64,000 nucleotides of DNA from Candidatus Obscuribacterales bacterium (GCA_965228855.1 CBDDIJ010000003.1:800001-864000); one strand, 5' to 3'. Numbered from the stretch's first letter, positions 9,716 to 19,770 are shown. Translations and numbers: made by a program. Notes: a model not told the origin generated them from the letters alone.

Positions 9716-10831
9716 CTATTGAATTTCGACAGTACCAGCAATTTGCTTTAGCCCGCGCAAGCACATGCTCAGCTCCATGAGTGGTCGAGTCATCTGCAGA
9801 ACAGTAGCTTTGAGATCTCGAAGCATACTGGCTCTATCGTTGAGCAGATCTATGTTTATATCACTTTGATCAAGACCGGTTATTTTGCGTATCTTCTCCG
9901 TCGTCACGCCGTCTCGGAGGGTATGGATATTCTGGTTACCTTCCCAATAAGAAAGAAGCATCTCTCTTCGAGTTACTGAGGAATTTGTTGGGCACAGATT
10001 TAGATGTTTCCATACGCTGTCGGGAAAGTCTGTTCTTGGGATAACAGGCTGATCATAAAATTTGCAGAGCATATTAGGATAAGCCTTGCGCTCATGGTGT
10101 TTTCCTCCTGACGAACGCATCGCAAATTCCGAAAACATGGATGGAACCAATCCGGCAACAATCCCAACAGTACCTGACGGAATCGAAAGGCGCGGATGCT
10201 TGTAAGTCGGTACCGTGAATGCTTCGGCCGCGGCCCAGAGGATGCCATTCGTGCGGAATGCCCACAAGTTTGCTCTATCGACCCGTTCATTTCTCTCATT
10301 CTCGTACCAGGTCAAAACCTCCTCGACAGACGCCTGTTCTTCCTGAATTTCAGCTGCAGCAAAATCAATTTCTAATCTCGTTTGTTCGATGACTTCGATG
10401 ATTTCGAGTTTTAACTCCGAAATGTTCTGCCTCAGGTCCATCGAGAGTTTTCCGGAGTTAGCTTCCTGTGCGGCGTTCGCTTGAAGAAGTTTCAACCTGG
10501 AAAGTTTCGACATAAGATCAAGTGTCGTGGCAAGTTGCACCGCATCTGGTGATAAGTTCAGAGATCGAGGATCACTTGGCTTTTCAAATATTGGCAGTTC
10601 AATCTTATCGGCCTGGTTTTTCTTTCTTTGTATCAAGGGCAATTTGATTGCTGCACACGCATTCTGACAGCCAAGGATCTGAGTAGATAAAAATGAGGAG
10701 ACGCCGAACAGCACAGCGAGTACAGCTCTAAGGGGGCAAGAAATATAATCGATTCGGGGCATCATTCCAACTGGTTGGATTCGAGAAGCACAGTGCTCAA
10801 CAATTATAGAGGTTTGGACAATGTTGTCCAA
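9716..10831 (-). CDS. hypothetical exported/membrane coiled-coil protein
   Basis: Long ORF with signal-like segment, coiled coil and hydrophobic hairpin; start uncertain. Confidence 0.7.
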   Translation of the reverse strand: MDNIVQTSIIVEHCASRIQPVGMMPRIDYISCPLRAVLAVLFGVSSFLSTQILGCQNACAAIKLPLIQRKKNQADKIELPIFEKPSDPRSLNLSPDAVQLATTLDLMSKLSRLKLLQANAAQEANSGKLSMDLRQNISELKLEIIEVIEQTRLEIDFAAAEIQEEQASVEEVLTWYENERNERVDRANLWAFRTNGILWAAAEAFTVPTYKHPRLSIPSGTVGIVAGLVPSMFSEFAMRSSGGKHHERKAYPNMLCKFYDQPVIPRTDFPDSVWKHLNLCPTNSSVTRREMLLSYWEGNQNIHTLRDGVTTEKIRKITGLDQSDINIDLLNDRASMLRDLKATVLQMTRPLMELSMCLRGLKQIAGTVEIQ

Positions 10832-10944
10832 ACCTCTGTCGTCATTGAACCACTGTGTATGCGATCTACCGAGGATCTATATGCACAGTTGATTCAATCG
10901 ATTTTCGATGACGGCTTCCAGGGATAAAAGCCGGCTTTTACTGT

Positions 10945-11445
10945 TTAGATACGAGTAGCGGCACCGCTGACCTTTACGTGCTCAGCAGCCTCATCATTAT
11001 ATTGCTCGCCATTTAGCAACGCTTTGGTCAAGCCTATTGCGTGCATGACGGCGCTGGATGGCGTAGACCAGTATTCTGCGATCTCGGGAGTAATTTGAAT
11101 CACACGCACACCTTGCTCGGGACCATCCGGGAACCAAGCCTTAAGCGGAAGACTCCATAGCTCGCGAATCTTGTCCAGATTTCTCGATTCTTCAGCGGTG
11201 CCGGAGAGCGAAACGTATACTTGCGCTTTCATATCCATGAAACTGATGTTGACCGCGTCGTAATTTTGAATCTCGTCGATCTTTGCTGTTTTATCTTCAC
11301 TTAACAGCCAGAGTGTGTTGTCTTCGTCAACCCGCTGAATTGCCATCGGACGACTGCGGATTACCCCGTTATCAATTGTCGAAAACATTACGACCCGAGC
11401 ATCCTTGAGTAACTCGTGCAATCTCGATTGTTGCTTACCTTTCAT
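10945..11445 (-). CDS. pyridoxamine 5'-phosphate oxidase-like general stress protein (YdaG/GSP26 type)
   Basis: IRSRPMAIQ, KIDEI, YVSLSGTA, LW...KAWFPDGP and AEYW motifs. Confidence 0.85.
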   Translation of the reverse strand: MKGKQQSRLHELLKDARVVMFSTIDNGVIRSRPMAIQRVDEDNTLWLLSEDKTAKIDEIQNYDAVNISFMDMKAQVYVSLSGTAEESRNLDKIRELWSLPLKAWFPDGPEQGVRVIQITPEIAEYWSTPSSAVMHAIGLTKALLNGEQYNDEAAEHVKVSGAATRI

Positions 11446-11524
11446 ATGTCCTCCCTGAAATTTCGTTTTCTTTCGGGACTGGCACTAGAACGGTTTGGTT
11501 CCCAGTTGTGAATTTAGAGCCACT

Positions 11525-12574
11525 TTAACTAAGGGAGGCGGCTGGAACTTGTTCATTTGTTTTTTTATTGGCGCGCGGACCCATACAGGCAAGAAACAGA
11601 CCGACCGGCCAGAGAAAAGGAACTATTGATCCGAGCAAGGTTACAACGCTAACCCAGACCAACTGACTGCCGCGCTTACCTCTGGTAGCCGCCACTACGA
11701 TCGGCAGAATCACTCCTGCCAGCAATGCGATGACACCAAATATGGTGACGCCCTGGACCAGCAGCCAACCATTGCTCTCGTTGACGCCCATTTTGTCAAG
11801 GATCATGTAGATTACGCCGGGAACTGCCAGTGATGAAATCGCAAGAACGATAGAGGCGAACGCCATCTGAATCGCGCGTGAAAACTTCTTGATGCACACC
11901 AGTGCAAAGGCCACGAGGAGTAAGTAGAAGGCATATGTGAATCCGGTAAACTCCAACACGCAGCCGAGCGTACTGAGAAACTCCTCCGGAATTTCCGGAT
12001 AGGGCAGGGCTGAGTCAGGAATCCACGGTTCAAAAGCAAAATGAAGAAGGACCGGTGCCCCGACCGGAGCGGGTGGGATTTCGAATTTACCGGCAGTTTC
12101 GATTGCTTTAACGGCGCTTTCATCAAATTCTTTAGACTCTGATGGCGCCACCACTGTGACATTACTGACGGTACCATTCTCGGATACGTTGAATGCCAGA
12201 ACCGGATAGTTGAAAAACGCCTTTTTCGGCTGCCAATGCTTGTAAACGTCACGGCGAACCCTTGCCTGATAAGCCTGATACTCAGGACTGTCTTCGCGTG
12301 CTTGAGCGGACTCCACCATTTCAGAGGGAGATGGTCTGCGGGCCTCTGGCGGCGTTTGTGTTTTTGCCGCATCTGGTAATTCTACTGCTGTAAAGCTTCC
12401 TTTCGGCGCCGCAGTTGCCGCTGGTGTAGAGGTCAGAGGGGATCCCGCTGAAACCTGTTTAACTGGATTTTTTTCAGCGGCAGTGTCGCGAGCGTGGGCT
12501 ATTCCAGGCAATGTTAATGCTAGCGCGGCGATTGCAAAAGTGCTCACCGTCCGATTTCTGACTGAGGAGTTCAT
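11525..12574 (-). CDS. TonB C-terminal domain protein with four C-terminal TM helices
   Basis: VYKHWQP..F.V..NGTVSNV.V..PS.SKEFDESAVKAIE TonB_C pattern; signal peptide. Confidence 0.7.
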   Translation of the reverse strand: MNSSVRNRTVSTFAIAALALTLPGIAHARDTAAEKNPVKQVSAGSPLTSTPAATAAPKGSFTAVELPDAAKTQTPPEARRPSPSEMVESAQAREDSPEYQAYQARVRRDVYKHWQPKKAFFNYPVLAFNVSENGTVSNVTVVAPSESKEFDESAVKAIETAGKFEIPPAPVGAPVLLHFAFEPWIPDSALPYPEIPEEFLSTLGCVLEFTGFTYAFYLLLVAFALVCIKKFSRAIQMAFASIVLAISSLAVPGVIYMILDKMGVNESNGWLLVQGVTIFGVIALLAGVILPIVVAATRGKRGSQLVWVSVVTLLGSIVPFLWPVGLFLACMGPRANKKTNEQVPAASLS

Positions 12575-12630
12575 AGGTGCCTTCGTGTTTCGGGGCGCTT
12601 CCGGTTTAACTGCCCCCGAGCCATTATAGT

Positions 12631-13611
12631 TTATGTGTTCGCCAACTGCCGCTGATGTTCAGTTCTATCTTCATCTGCCAGCGGGGGAGCTGACACGAAC
12701 TGACGCTCCATTGCCGCTACAAAAGAGAGCATTGCGGCGTGATTGTCGATGTCGCTGGAATCGGCTAGTGGCGGGGGCGGTATCAAGGCTTCAACCCGTG
12801 GTGCCATTACCAAAGAATCTGGAAGCCACTCTTGAAGATCGCCCTCCAATAGTTCCTTTACTGTTTGTAAAATTCGAGCCGCCTGGTAGAGGTGAATTGA
12901 GCGCTGATCATAGTTGAGTCCTATCGCTACGATTGGACGAGATACGACCTCGCCGTCTCGGACCACCGCTTGCTCCGAAGCGGTTCCTATGGAGAACGAA
13001 CAGCCGCATAGACTCGGGCAGGTCAGTCCATCTGCACCGTATTTGCCGAGTGAAGTAAGACCGAATGTGGCTTTCTGAAATGCCAGCCTGAGAAACGGAA
13101 TACGTTTTGCAACTTCTAAAATAATCGTCCGCATAAATAGCGGAAAATATGAAAATAGGTTTTGTTGGAATAAGGGTTGAACCTTTTCAATAGGAAGTTG
13201 AGCGTATTCCTGTAATTCTGCACCCATCTGTTCAAGCGGCTTTTCTATTGGCGACTCGATTTCGCCCAGGAGCACTGTAGGCTGTCCGTTGATAATTCGT
13301 TCGACTGTGAACCCTGCAACAATGTTGTTGTAGGTAACGCGGCGACCGAAGGGCAGCCATTCTGTCCTGCTCTCGGGATGTAGTCTCTGGGCGACGGCGA
13401 TTGCTTTGAGAAGAATCGCAGTGATAGTCACATTCTTGCCGCTTCGCTTCAGTTCCTTGCGGAGCTTATTAGCCCAAGTCAGGTCAACGTCGGCAAACAT
13501 CAAACCAGCTTCTTTGCTCGCGACGCGATTGAGAAGCGAAACTATCGTGCGTCGGCTGCGTGGCACCGGCGCAATGACAAAGCTTTTTCCGCGTTTGGAT
13601 TCGGCTTGCAC
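12631..13611 (-). CDS. 2-oxoacid dehydrogenase E2 catalytic-domain-like protein, no lipoyl domain
   Basis: ADVDLT, TITAILLKAIA, ATFGLTSLG and VVRDGEVVSRP; DHR motif reads YDQRSIH. Confidence 0.75.
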   Translation of the reverse strand: MQAESKRGKSFVIAPVPRSRRTIVSLLNRVASKEAGLMFADVDLTWANKLRKELKRSGKNVTITAILLKAIAVAQRLHPESRTEWLPFGRRVTYNNIVAGFTVERIINGQPTVLLGEIESPIEKPLEQMGAELQEYAQLPIEKVQPLFQQNLFSYFPLFMRTIILEVAKRIPFLRLAFQKATFGLTSLGKYGADGLTCPSLCGCSFSIGTASEQAVVRDGEVVSRPIVAIGLNYDQRSIHLYQAARILQTVKELLEGDLQEWLPDSLVMAPRVEALIPPPPLADSSDIDNHAAMLSFVAAMERQFVSAPPLADEDRTEHQRQLANT

Positions 13612-13717
13612 GGTTTTCTTACCTTGAAAGTGATTGACATTATAAACCGTTTAGCAAAAACGGTGAGTTATCTTGGATTAAGATTCTGCTTTGCAAGTCG
13701 TTCTCAAGAGGGAGGCT

Positions 13718-14695
13718 TCACTGCTCTTGTCGCATTTTTGCTTTGCCCTGTTCCAAAACCTTCACCAGTAAAGATTCTTTGAAGTTCTCAAGTGTCGGAG
13801 CGCTGTCAATAGGTTCGAATATCTCGCGATACCAGTTTTCGTTACCACATTTTTCGGACCAGTCGTCGAGATTGTCCCATTCACCATCATTCAGTCCGAG
13901 GACGAAGCGAGCGCGATATGGGTCAATTCCCTCTATCTCATATATCGGAACCCGAAGATCCCTTCCATGACCGGAGTCGAAGAAAATGTGCTCGGATGAA
14001 TCTATATCGACGTCAGAAAAAATGTCGTAACGAACGATCAGATTTTGCGCTTCTTCAATAAAGCTATCGTGGCGGCGTTTGCCCTTCTCCGTAAGTTTGT
14101 AAGCGACCTTCTCAACGTCGATTTCTATAAGACCTTCGGTTTCAGCCCATTTGATTATGTCGTGAAGCTCGGCAAGTTCCTTAGTAACGTCTATCAATTT
14201 TCCGACGCCAACTTGATGAAGAAACATCAGCCGTGAAAGCTCTTCGATAGAGCCTGTCTGGGAGCTCACGCTTGAAGTGCCACCGCTTTCAGTACCGTAA
14301 CCAGTACCGTTAGAGCCACTGGAAGCAATACCGAATATGGTACCAGAAACTGAGAGGTCGCACCGGCGATACTCGACACCGTCGTGAGAGGCGGGACGGA
14401 ACGCACCAGAAATGGTGGCGTCGGGATCTAGGTCCAACCCATTAGCTTTCAGGTTAACGCCGTCCCTGATATACAGTCCCTGTTCGTCTTTATCGAACAG
14501 GATTTGTTGGATGGCTTCGAAATCTTTTAGTTGTCCCTGCGGTAAGATGCCATTCTCAATTAGCCGAGCTGGCTGTTCGCAGCCTAAATAGTCGAAAACC
14601 AGGTCGATCGCGCTCTTTTGCACATCACGCTGTGCGAGACTAAGCACAGCCATGTGCTGCCCACTCGCGTCGGCAACATGAAGGATAAACTGCAT
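13718..14695 (-). CDS. two-domain hypothetical protein (beta-grasp-like N domain, Ser/Gly linker, wHTH-containing C domain)
   Basis: ATG 2 nt after the upstream stop; GLIEID...YKLTEKG wing motif. Confidence 0.7.
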   Translation of the reverse strand: MQFILHVADASGQHMAVLSLAQRDVQKSAIDLVFDYLGCEQPARLIENGILPQGQLKDFEAIQQILFDKDEQGLYIRDGVNLKANGLDLDPDATISGAFRPASHDGVEYRRCDLSVSGTIFGIASSGSNGTGYGTESGGTSSVSSQTGSIEELSRLMFLHQVGVGKLIDVTKELAELHDIIKWAETEGLIEIDVEKVAYKLTEKGKRRHDSFIEEAQNLIVRYDIFSDVDIDSSEHIFFDSGHGRDLRVPIYEIEGIDPYRARFVLGLNDGEWDNLDDWSEKCGNENWYREIFEPIDSAPTLENFKESLLVKVLEQGKAKMRQEQ

Positions 14696-14697
14696 GC

Positions 14698-15534
14698 TTA
14701 CCTTCTCCGACCGCCCCATCCGCGAGATCTGCCGCCACCGAAAATACTTCCGGAAGAGCGGCGTCCACCCCAGATTGAACGCGAACTCGAATTGTTTGAA
14801 CTGCTGCCAAAGCCGCCCCAGGACCTTTTCGTGGTTGTACCCGTGGTGCTGGTGCTTGAGCTGGTGCCGAAGCCACGTTTACTTGTAAATCCGCTGCCCG
14901 CCGCCTTCTTCTGATAGCGAGAGTTAAAAGATTCGTTTGACGTCTTCTGACCACTATATGCGGTGCTGTTTCTAAAACTATTGCGATCGTCCCGGATGAT
15001 TACCGTTCGATTGTACGGCGTGTAGTAGCGGCCGCCCCAGCCGCCCATCAGATGCGAAAGCACCATCATTTGTACAAATGGACTGTCCAGAATACTGTGA
15101 GAGCCAGCATAGTACGGCTGCCCGGAGTGGTCGCTCACCTTATATGGAAGTTCGTTATTTGTGACGTCGCCGGTTTGTTCGATTGTGAACAGTTTTTCTT
15201 CGCCGTCTTGAAACCCTTGTTCCTTCTGGTTTTCTATGTAACCAGTTACGGTCAGGCTACCAGTTTTTCGGCTTGCGTCGATGGAAACGACCTCATTGCC
15301 CTCGTAAATCTCATTGACGCGTTTTTCGAACGCCCCCATCCACTCATTGAAGTCCTTACCTTTTGTGTTCCAAAACGCTTCCTTCACCTCATCCAGGTTG
15401 ATCTTGGCCGATTCGCCTTTTACCTGCGATGAAACATAGTGTTCGACCGACTCCGGTCCGCGAGGCGCTCCGCAGCTAGATAGGCTGCCTGCGACGAGTA
15501 TTGTTGCGAGCAAAAGCGTAATGTGTTTTTTCAT
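14698..15534 (-). CDS. lipoprotein with Gly/Ser/Arg-rich disordered tail
   Basis: Lipobox LSSC; tail ending RSRGWGGRRR. Confidence 0.8.
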   Translation of the reverse strand: MKKHITLLLATILVAGSLSSCGAPRGPESVEHYVSSQVKGESAKINLDEVKEAFWNTKGKDFNEWMGAFEKRVNEIYEGNEVVSIDASRKTGSLTVTGYIENQKEQGFQDGEEKLFTIEQTGDVTNNELPYKVSDHSGQPYYAGSHSILDSPFVQMMVLSHLMGGWGGRYYTPYNRTVIIRDDRNSFRNSTAYSGQKTSNESFNSRYQKKAAGSGFTSKRGFGTSSSTSTTGTTTKRSWGGFGSSSNNSSSRSIWGGRRSSGSIFGGGRSRGWGGRRR

Positions 15535-15919
15535 GGCGTCTCTTAGGTCTGTGTTCGGCGGTTGAATATAGCACTATTAAGGAGATCAGGTCTGAGCTTT
15601 CATAAATCTGATTGTATGTAAACCCCTGGCTCGACACCCTTTTCATAGTCTTTAATTTAGCTTGATGCGAAAACCTGGGACGGTTGCCGGTTTGACATCC
15701 GAATACGGTTAGACACGTGTATTCGAGGATGGCATCGTCGGTCAGGGATAAGTTTTTTAGTTGGACGAAACCCCTCTAGACAAAGTCGCATGGTTAGAGC
15801 AATTACGCATGCGATGTAGAAACAGGCAAACCTTGACAAAAAGGGCTCAAAAACCAGTCGCGCAAGTTTTTCATTCGTGGCACGCTGTTCTCGTTGCCAC
15901 CGAATGGAGCTGACTAATT

Positions 15920-16972
15920 ATGGTTATGGATGTGTTATCTCAGATTCTTGCAGGCCAAAGTGCACAGGGGAGCAATCAGACGCCTTCGAGCACCGCTCTG
16001 GAAGCGCTTGCTGTTTTCGCGCAAAAAATTCAGAAAAATGAGTCTGAATTCAAGTCTATGAGCGATTATGCTCTGCTCGAAAAACTCAAAGCTTTTGGTG
16101 TGAACATTGACCGACCCTCGCTTGAAAAACTGTGCGAGAAGCATGTTTCTATTGATGAGTTTGTAACTCCCTGGGTAGAGAAAGCGATGGACACGCTCGA
16201 TGATACGAGTGATGTCGACAGCATCATGCTAATCACAATGGAACTTTGGGACCGCTGGTTCCCTGAGAAACCTTCTTTTGCTCGGTATGTCGGTCTTGTA
16301 GAAGATGGATATTTCAAGATGAAACAGGATGAGCAAGCACTGCGAGCTGCACTGTGGAAGCAGGCCCATGATGAAATGATCCGCCTGATGAAGAAGACCA
16401 AAATTCGTACGCTCGCTGAGTTGGATGAAGCTTCTGAAGCGTTGCGCTGCACTATTCACTGGGCGGAGAGTTTCGTCATTCTTCTCGGTAAACTGGGCGA
16501 CAAAGATGACTCATATCATCAATTGCGCGTGGATGTCTGTGAAGAGATGCTAGAACTGCTTGATTGCGAAGACGAGCGATTCATGCGTTTCTTGCGAAAG
16601 TCTCTGGCTCAGTCCTGCTTCAAATTTGGCGCGGAGGATACGACGACTCGTTTGTACAAGGGGTGGCTTGCAGAGGACAAGCGCTGGGGCAAGGGATATG
16701 TCGCGTGGGCGAAGTGTTATGAAGGTCGTAATGATGCTATCGGCGTTCAGATTGCGGAGCAGATTTTACGAGAAGGTTTAGGAGTGAGCAAGGTAAACGA
16801 TCGCGAATCGATCTTGCGCAGTTTGGCAAACAATCTGAAACGTCAAAATCGCACGAAGGAGGCGGCGCTGATTTTCAACAAGCTGAAGAAGTCTCCCAAC
16901 GCAATGCCAGAGTGCGAGGATGATTCTTATGAGGGATGTTCTTGCGGTGAACCGAACGAGGACGAGGATTAA
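15920..16972 (+). CDS. alpha-helical hypothetical protein with acidic Cys-containing tail
   Basis: GGAG RBS; WGKGYVAWAKCY motif; C-terminal CEDDSYEGCSCGE. Confidence 0.75.
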   Translation: MVMDVLSQILAGQSAQGSNQTPSSTALEALAVFAQKIQKNESEFKSMSDYALLEKLKAFGVNIDRPSLEKLCEKHVSIDEFVTPWVEKAMDTLDDTSDVDSIMLITMELWDRWFPEKPSFARYVGLVEDGYFKMKQDEQALRAALWKQAHDEMIRLMKKTKIRTLAELDEASEALRCTIHWAESFVILLGKLGDKDDSYHQLRVDVCEEMLELLDCEDERFMRFLRKSLAQSCFKFGAEDTTTRLYKGWLAEDKRWGKGYVAWAKCYEGRNDAIGVQIAEQILREGLGVSKVNDRESILRSLANNLKRQNRTKEAALIFNKLKKSPNAMPECEDDSYEGCSCGEPNEDED

Positions 16973-17199
16973 TCGACGGCTGAACAAGTTTTTCCATCTG
17001 ATTCTCGCAGGAGCGGACGTCCGGTCAAAAGCCGGACGTTGCTCTGTTTACCCAACCTTTCTGTAGAAACGCTTGCAAGGAGATTCTTGGTAATGAAACG
17101 TCGTCAAGCAATACCGCTGCGTTAATGTTGAAGCTAGTAAAAACTGTAGAATCTTCGTACTTCAGTTTTCGATAGCCACTTTTCGTCAGGATTTCATTC

Positions 17200-18171
17200 A
17201 TGAACAAACGCAAGATAGGAAAATCCGAACTCGCCGTAGCCCCGCTCAGTTTTGGATGTAACGTATTTGGGTGGACCGTGGACGAGAAAATGGCGTTCAA
17301 ATTGTTAGATGAGTTTGTTGACGCCGGGCTGAATCTTATCGACACGGCGGACGTTTACCCTGTGTGGCACCCGGGCAACAAAGGTGGCGAATCAGAAGCC
17401 ATCATCGGTAAATGGCTCAAACAGAGCGGCAAGCGCGACCGGATAGTGTTGGCAACTAAAGTTGGAATGAAGATGGCGCCGCAGCTCGGCACGGAGAGTT
17501 TATCCAGAAAGTACATTATGCAATCGGTTGAAGACTCTTTGAGACGCCTGCAAACAGACGTAATTGATCTGTATCAAGCGCATACCGATGATCCAAATAC
17601 ACCTTTGGAAGAGACGCTCGAAGCGTTTACCGAATTAATCAAGCTCGGGAAGGTCCGAGCAATCGGGTGCTCGAATTATAAAGCGGAGCGTTTGCAAGAA
17701 GCGTTGGGCACCAGTCGGGCGAAAGGATTCGCGAGGTATGAGTCGATTCAGCCTGAATACAATTTGTACGACCGCGAAAACTTCGAGGCAAATCTGGAAC
17801 CTCTCTGCGTCTCGGAGAGTATTGGGGTGATTACCTATTTCTCGTTAGCGCGCGGCTTCTTATCGGGAAAATATCGTTCCGCTGATGATCTGAGCCAAAG
17901 TCCTAGAGGTGAAGGGATTAAGAAATACTTGAACGAGCGCGGCTTCAAGATAGTGGATGCACTGCATGTGGTGGCGTCAGAGTTGAGAAGTAAGCCCGCT
18001 CAAATAGCACTTGCCTGGATAATGGCGAGACCCAGTATAACGGCGCCAATCGCAAGTGCTACTAATCTGGAGCAACTTGCTGATTTGATCTCTGCTTCAA
18101 AGCTCGAGTTAAGCGCCAGCCACTTGAGGCTTCTCGACGAAGCGAGTGCCTACCAATCGATATCTGTTTAG
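17200..18171 (+). CDS. aldo/keto reductase
   Basis: IDTADVY, SEAIIGKW, LATKVG, SLRRLQTDVIDLYQAH and GKVRAIGCSN. Confidence 0.95.
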   Translation: MNKRKIGKSELAVAPLSFGCNVFGWTVDEKMAFKLLDEFVDAGLNLIDTADVYPVWHPGNKGGESEAIIGKWLKQSGKRDRIVLATKVGMKMAPQLGTESLSRKYIMQSVEDSLRRLQTDVIDLYQAHTDDPNTPLEETLEAFTELIKLGKVRAIGCSNYKAERLQEALGTSRAKGFARYESIQPEYNLYDRENFEANLEPLCVSESIGVITYFSLARGFLSGKYRSADDLSQSPRGEGIKKYLNERGFKIVDALHVVASELRSKPAQIALAWIMARPSITAPIASATNLEQLADLISASKLELSASHLRLLDEASAYQSISV

Positions 18172-18180
18172 GAAGTTATA

Positions 18181-18210
18181 GAGGCAGCAGTTCTCTTGGA
18201 ACGCTGCCTC
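18181..18210. terminator. bidirectional hairpin between convergent AKR and SDR
   Basis: gaggcagc ... gctgcctc inverted repeat. Confidence 0.55.
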
Positions 18211-18242
18211 TGGTGGTTTGAGTATTTGCTTAGAATACCTGA

Positions 18243-19013
18243 TTAGTGTGACAATGCACCTTCCTTCGCTGGTGCGGCAAGCCTGTCGTTGAATTGAATG
18301 ACGAATGCTGCTTCGTTCGGCCCAGCGTTGTTTCTGAGCATCTTCGCGCGCTCGGTAAGAACTTCTTCGCTATCGGTTTCGAGAACTTGCATAGTCTCTG
18401 ATATGAACTCATCGAGAGGCATCTGGCGAGGGTCGTCGTTATCGCCCATCAGTTCGGTCTTGACCCAGGGCGGTGCGAGTTCTAAACACCTAACTGAGGA
18501 GCCAATCAGCTTATATCTTAGAGACTGGCTGTAAGAGTGCATCGCTGCTTTCGTCGAAGAATAAACAGCCGACATTGCCAGCGGGATAAATGCCAGACCT
18601 GATGTGACATTGATGACGTAAGAGCGCTCTTGCTTCTTCAGATGCTCAATCAGCGCACTAGTCATGCGCATCGGTCCCATAAGGTTTGTAGTGATCGTCG
18701 ACACAATCAGTTCATCATCCACTACGCCTGAAACGTCATCGGCCTGCATGATGCCGGCGTTATTGATTAAAACGTTCAGGTTCGGATGTTCATTGATTAA
18801 CTTTTGAGCAGCGGAGGCGATACTTTTGGTGTCTTCGACATCCAACACTACAAAGTGCATTCCTGGATTTGCCTTGCACACTTCTTCGAGGTGTCCTTTG
18901 CGTCTTCCAGAAATTATCACTTGGTTGCCGCGTTTATGAAAAGCCTCCGCGAGTCCGCGTCCGATACCGGAGCCGCCGCCGGTAATGAAAATAGTATTGC
19001 CGGTCAGTTTCAT
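18243..19013 (-). CDS. short-chain dehydrogenase/reductase (DltE-like)
   Basis: TGGGSGIG, NNAG and YSSTK motifs. Confidence 0.92.
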   Translation of the reverse strand: MKLTGNTIFITGGGSGIGRGLAEAFHKRGNQVIISGRRKGHLEEVCKANPGMHFVVLDVEDTKSIASAAQKLINEHPNLNVLINNAGIMQADDVSGVVDDELIVSTITTNLMGPMRMTSALIEHLKKQERSYVINVTSGLAFIPLAMSAVYSSTKAAMHSYSQSLRYKLIGSSVRCLELAPPWVKTELMGDNDDPRQMPLDEFISETMQVLETDSEEVLTERAKMLRNNAGPNEAAFVIQFNDRLAAPAKEGALSH

Positions 19014-19273
19014 AGAATCTCCCGTTTCCTTTTGACTAAAACGCCAATTATTCCACTGTTGGAACGAAAAAGCTGTGATCAAGTTGTATCGCTCGCGACG
19101 GCGATTATGTTACTTCCTCGGAAAGGGCTGCCGGGTCAGGTTTACGAGTTTGGCGCCGGTACCCAAGGAATCTGCTATACCGCTGGTGTTGGGTTTCAAC
19201 CCACTGTCAAACGCCAAGGGCGTGAAGTCAATAGAGATTGAACCTAACCGAAGTGTTTAACGAGGAGATTAAC

Positions 19274-19714
19274 ATGAGCACCGGATATTCCCACGAGTTT
19301 AATTCACTCCTGGCAGGTGAAATTTCAGCGGTCGAAACTTATGACCTCGCATTGAAGCGCGATTTCAGCGCCGATCTCGTCGACATGCTGATGCGTTGCA
19401 GAGATTCTCATTCCGCGCGCGTCGACAAGCTCGTAAATTGTGTGCTGGGGTCAGGCGGTACGCCAGACGAGAGTGGTGGCGCATTCGGTGCTTTCGCTCA
19501 AGTGGTGCAGAATTCTCAAAGCTCTGCGCATGATGCCTTGTCGCAGCTGGAACTATTCGAAGCCGAGAGACTGGTTCAATACGAGAATGCCAGAGGTATT
19601 GTGCCAGAAGAAGTAAAACAGGTGATAGATAGCGATCTGTTGCCCATGCAGCATGAGACGCACCTGATGGTGAGCACAGCATTGCGACAAATCAATCCGC
19701 TTCCGGCTCAGTAA
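19274..19714 (+). CDS. ferritin-like DUF2383/PA2169-family protein
   Basis: NSLLAGEISAVETY, H..RVD.L, GGTPDESGG and E..RL..Y; GAGGAG RBS. Confidence 0.75.
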   Translation: MSTGYSHEFNSLLAGEISAVETYDLALKRDFSADLVDMLMRCRDSHSARVDKLVNCVLGSGGTPDESGGAFGAFAQVVQNSQSSAHDALSQLELFEAERLVQYENARGIVPEEVKQVIDSDLLPMQHETHLMVSTALRQINPLPAQ

Positions 19715-19737
19715 TAGTTCATAGCTTTAAAAACTTG

Positions 19738-19770
19738 GAACTCTCCGCTCACTTCTGTGTCGGAGAGTTC
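19738..19770 (+). terminator. probable intrinsic terminator
   Basis: gaactctccg ... cggagagttc inverted repeat. Confidence 0.55.

Noticed and set aside
15822..15865. GGCAAACC...GGG...CAAAA resembling a c-di-GMP-I riboswitch
   Set aside because: Lacks the GNRA loop, the GACGCAAAGC core and a P2/P3 continuation.
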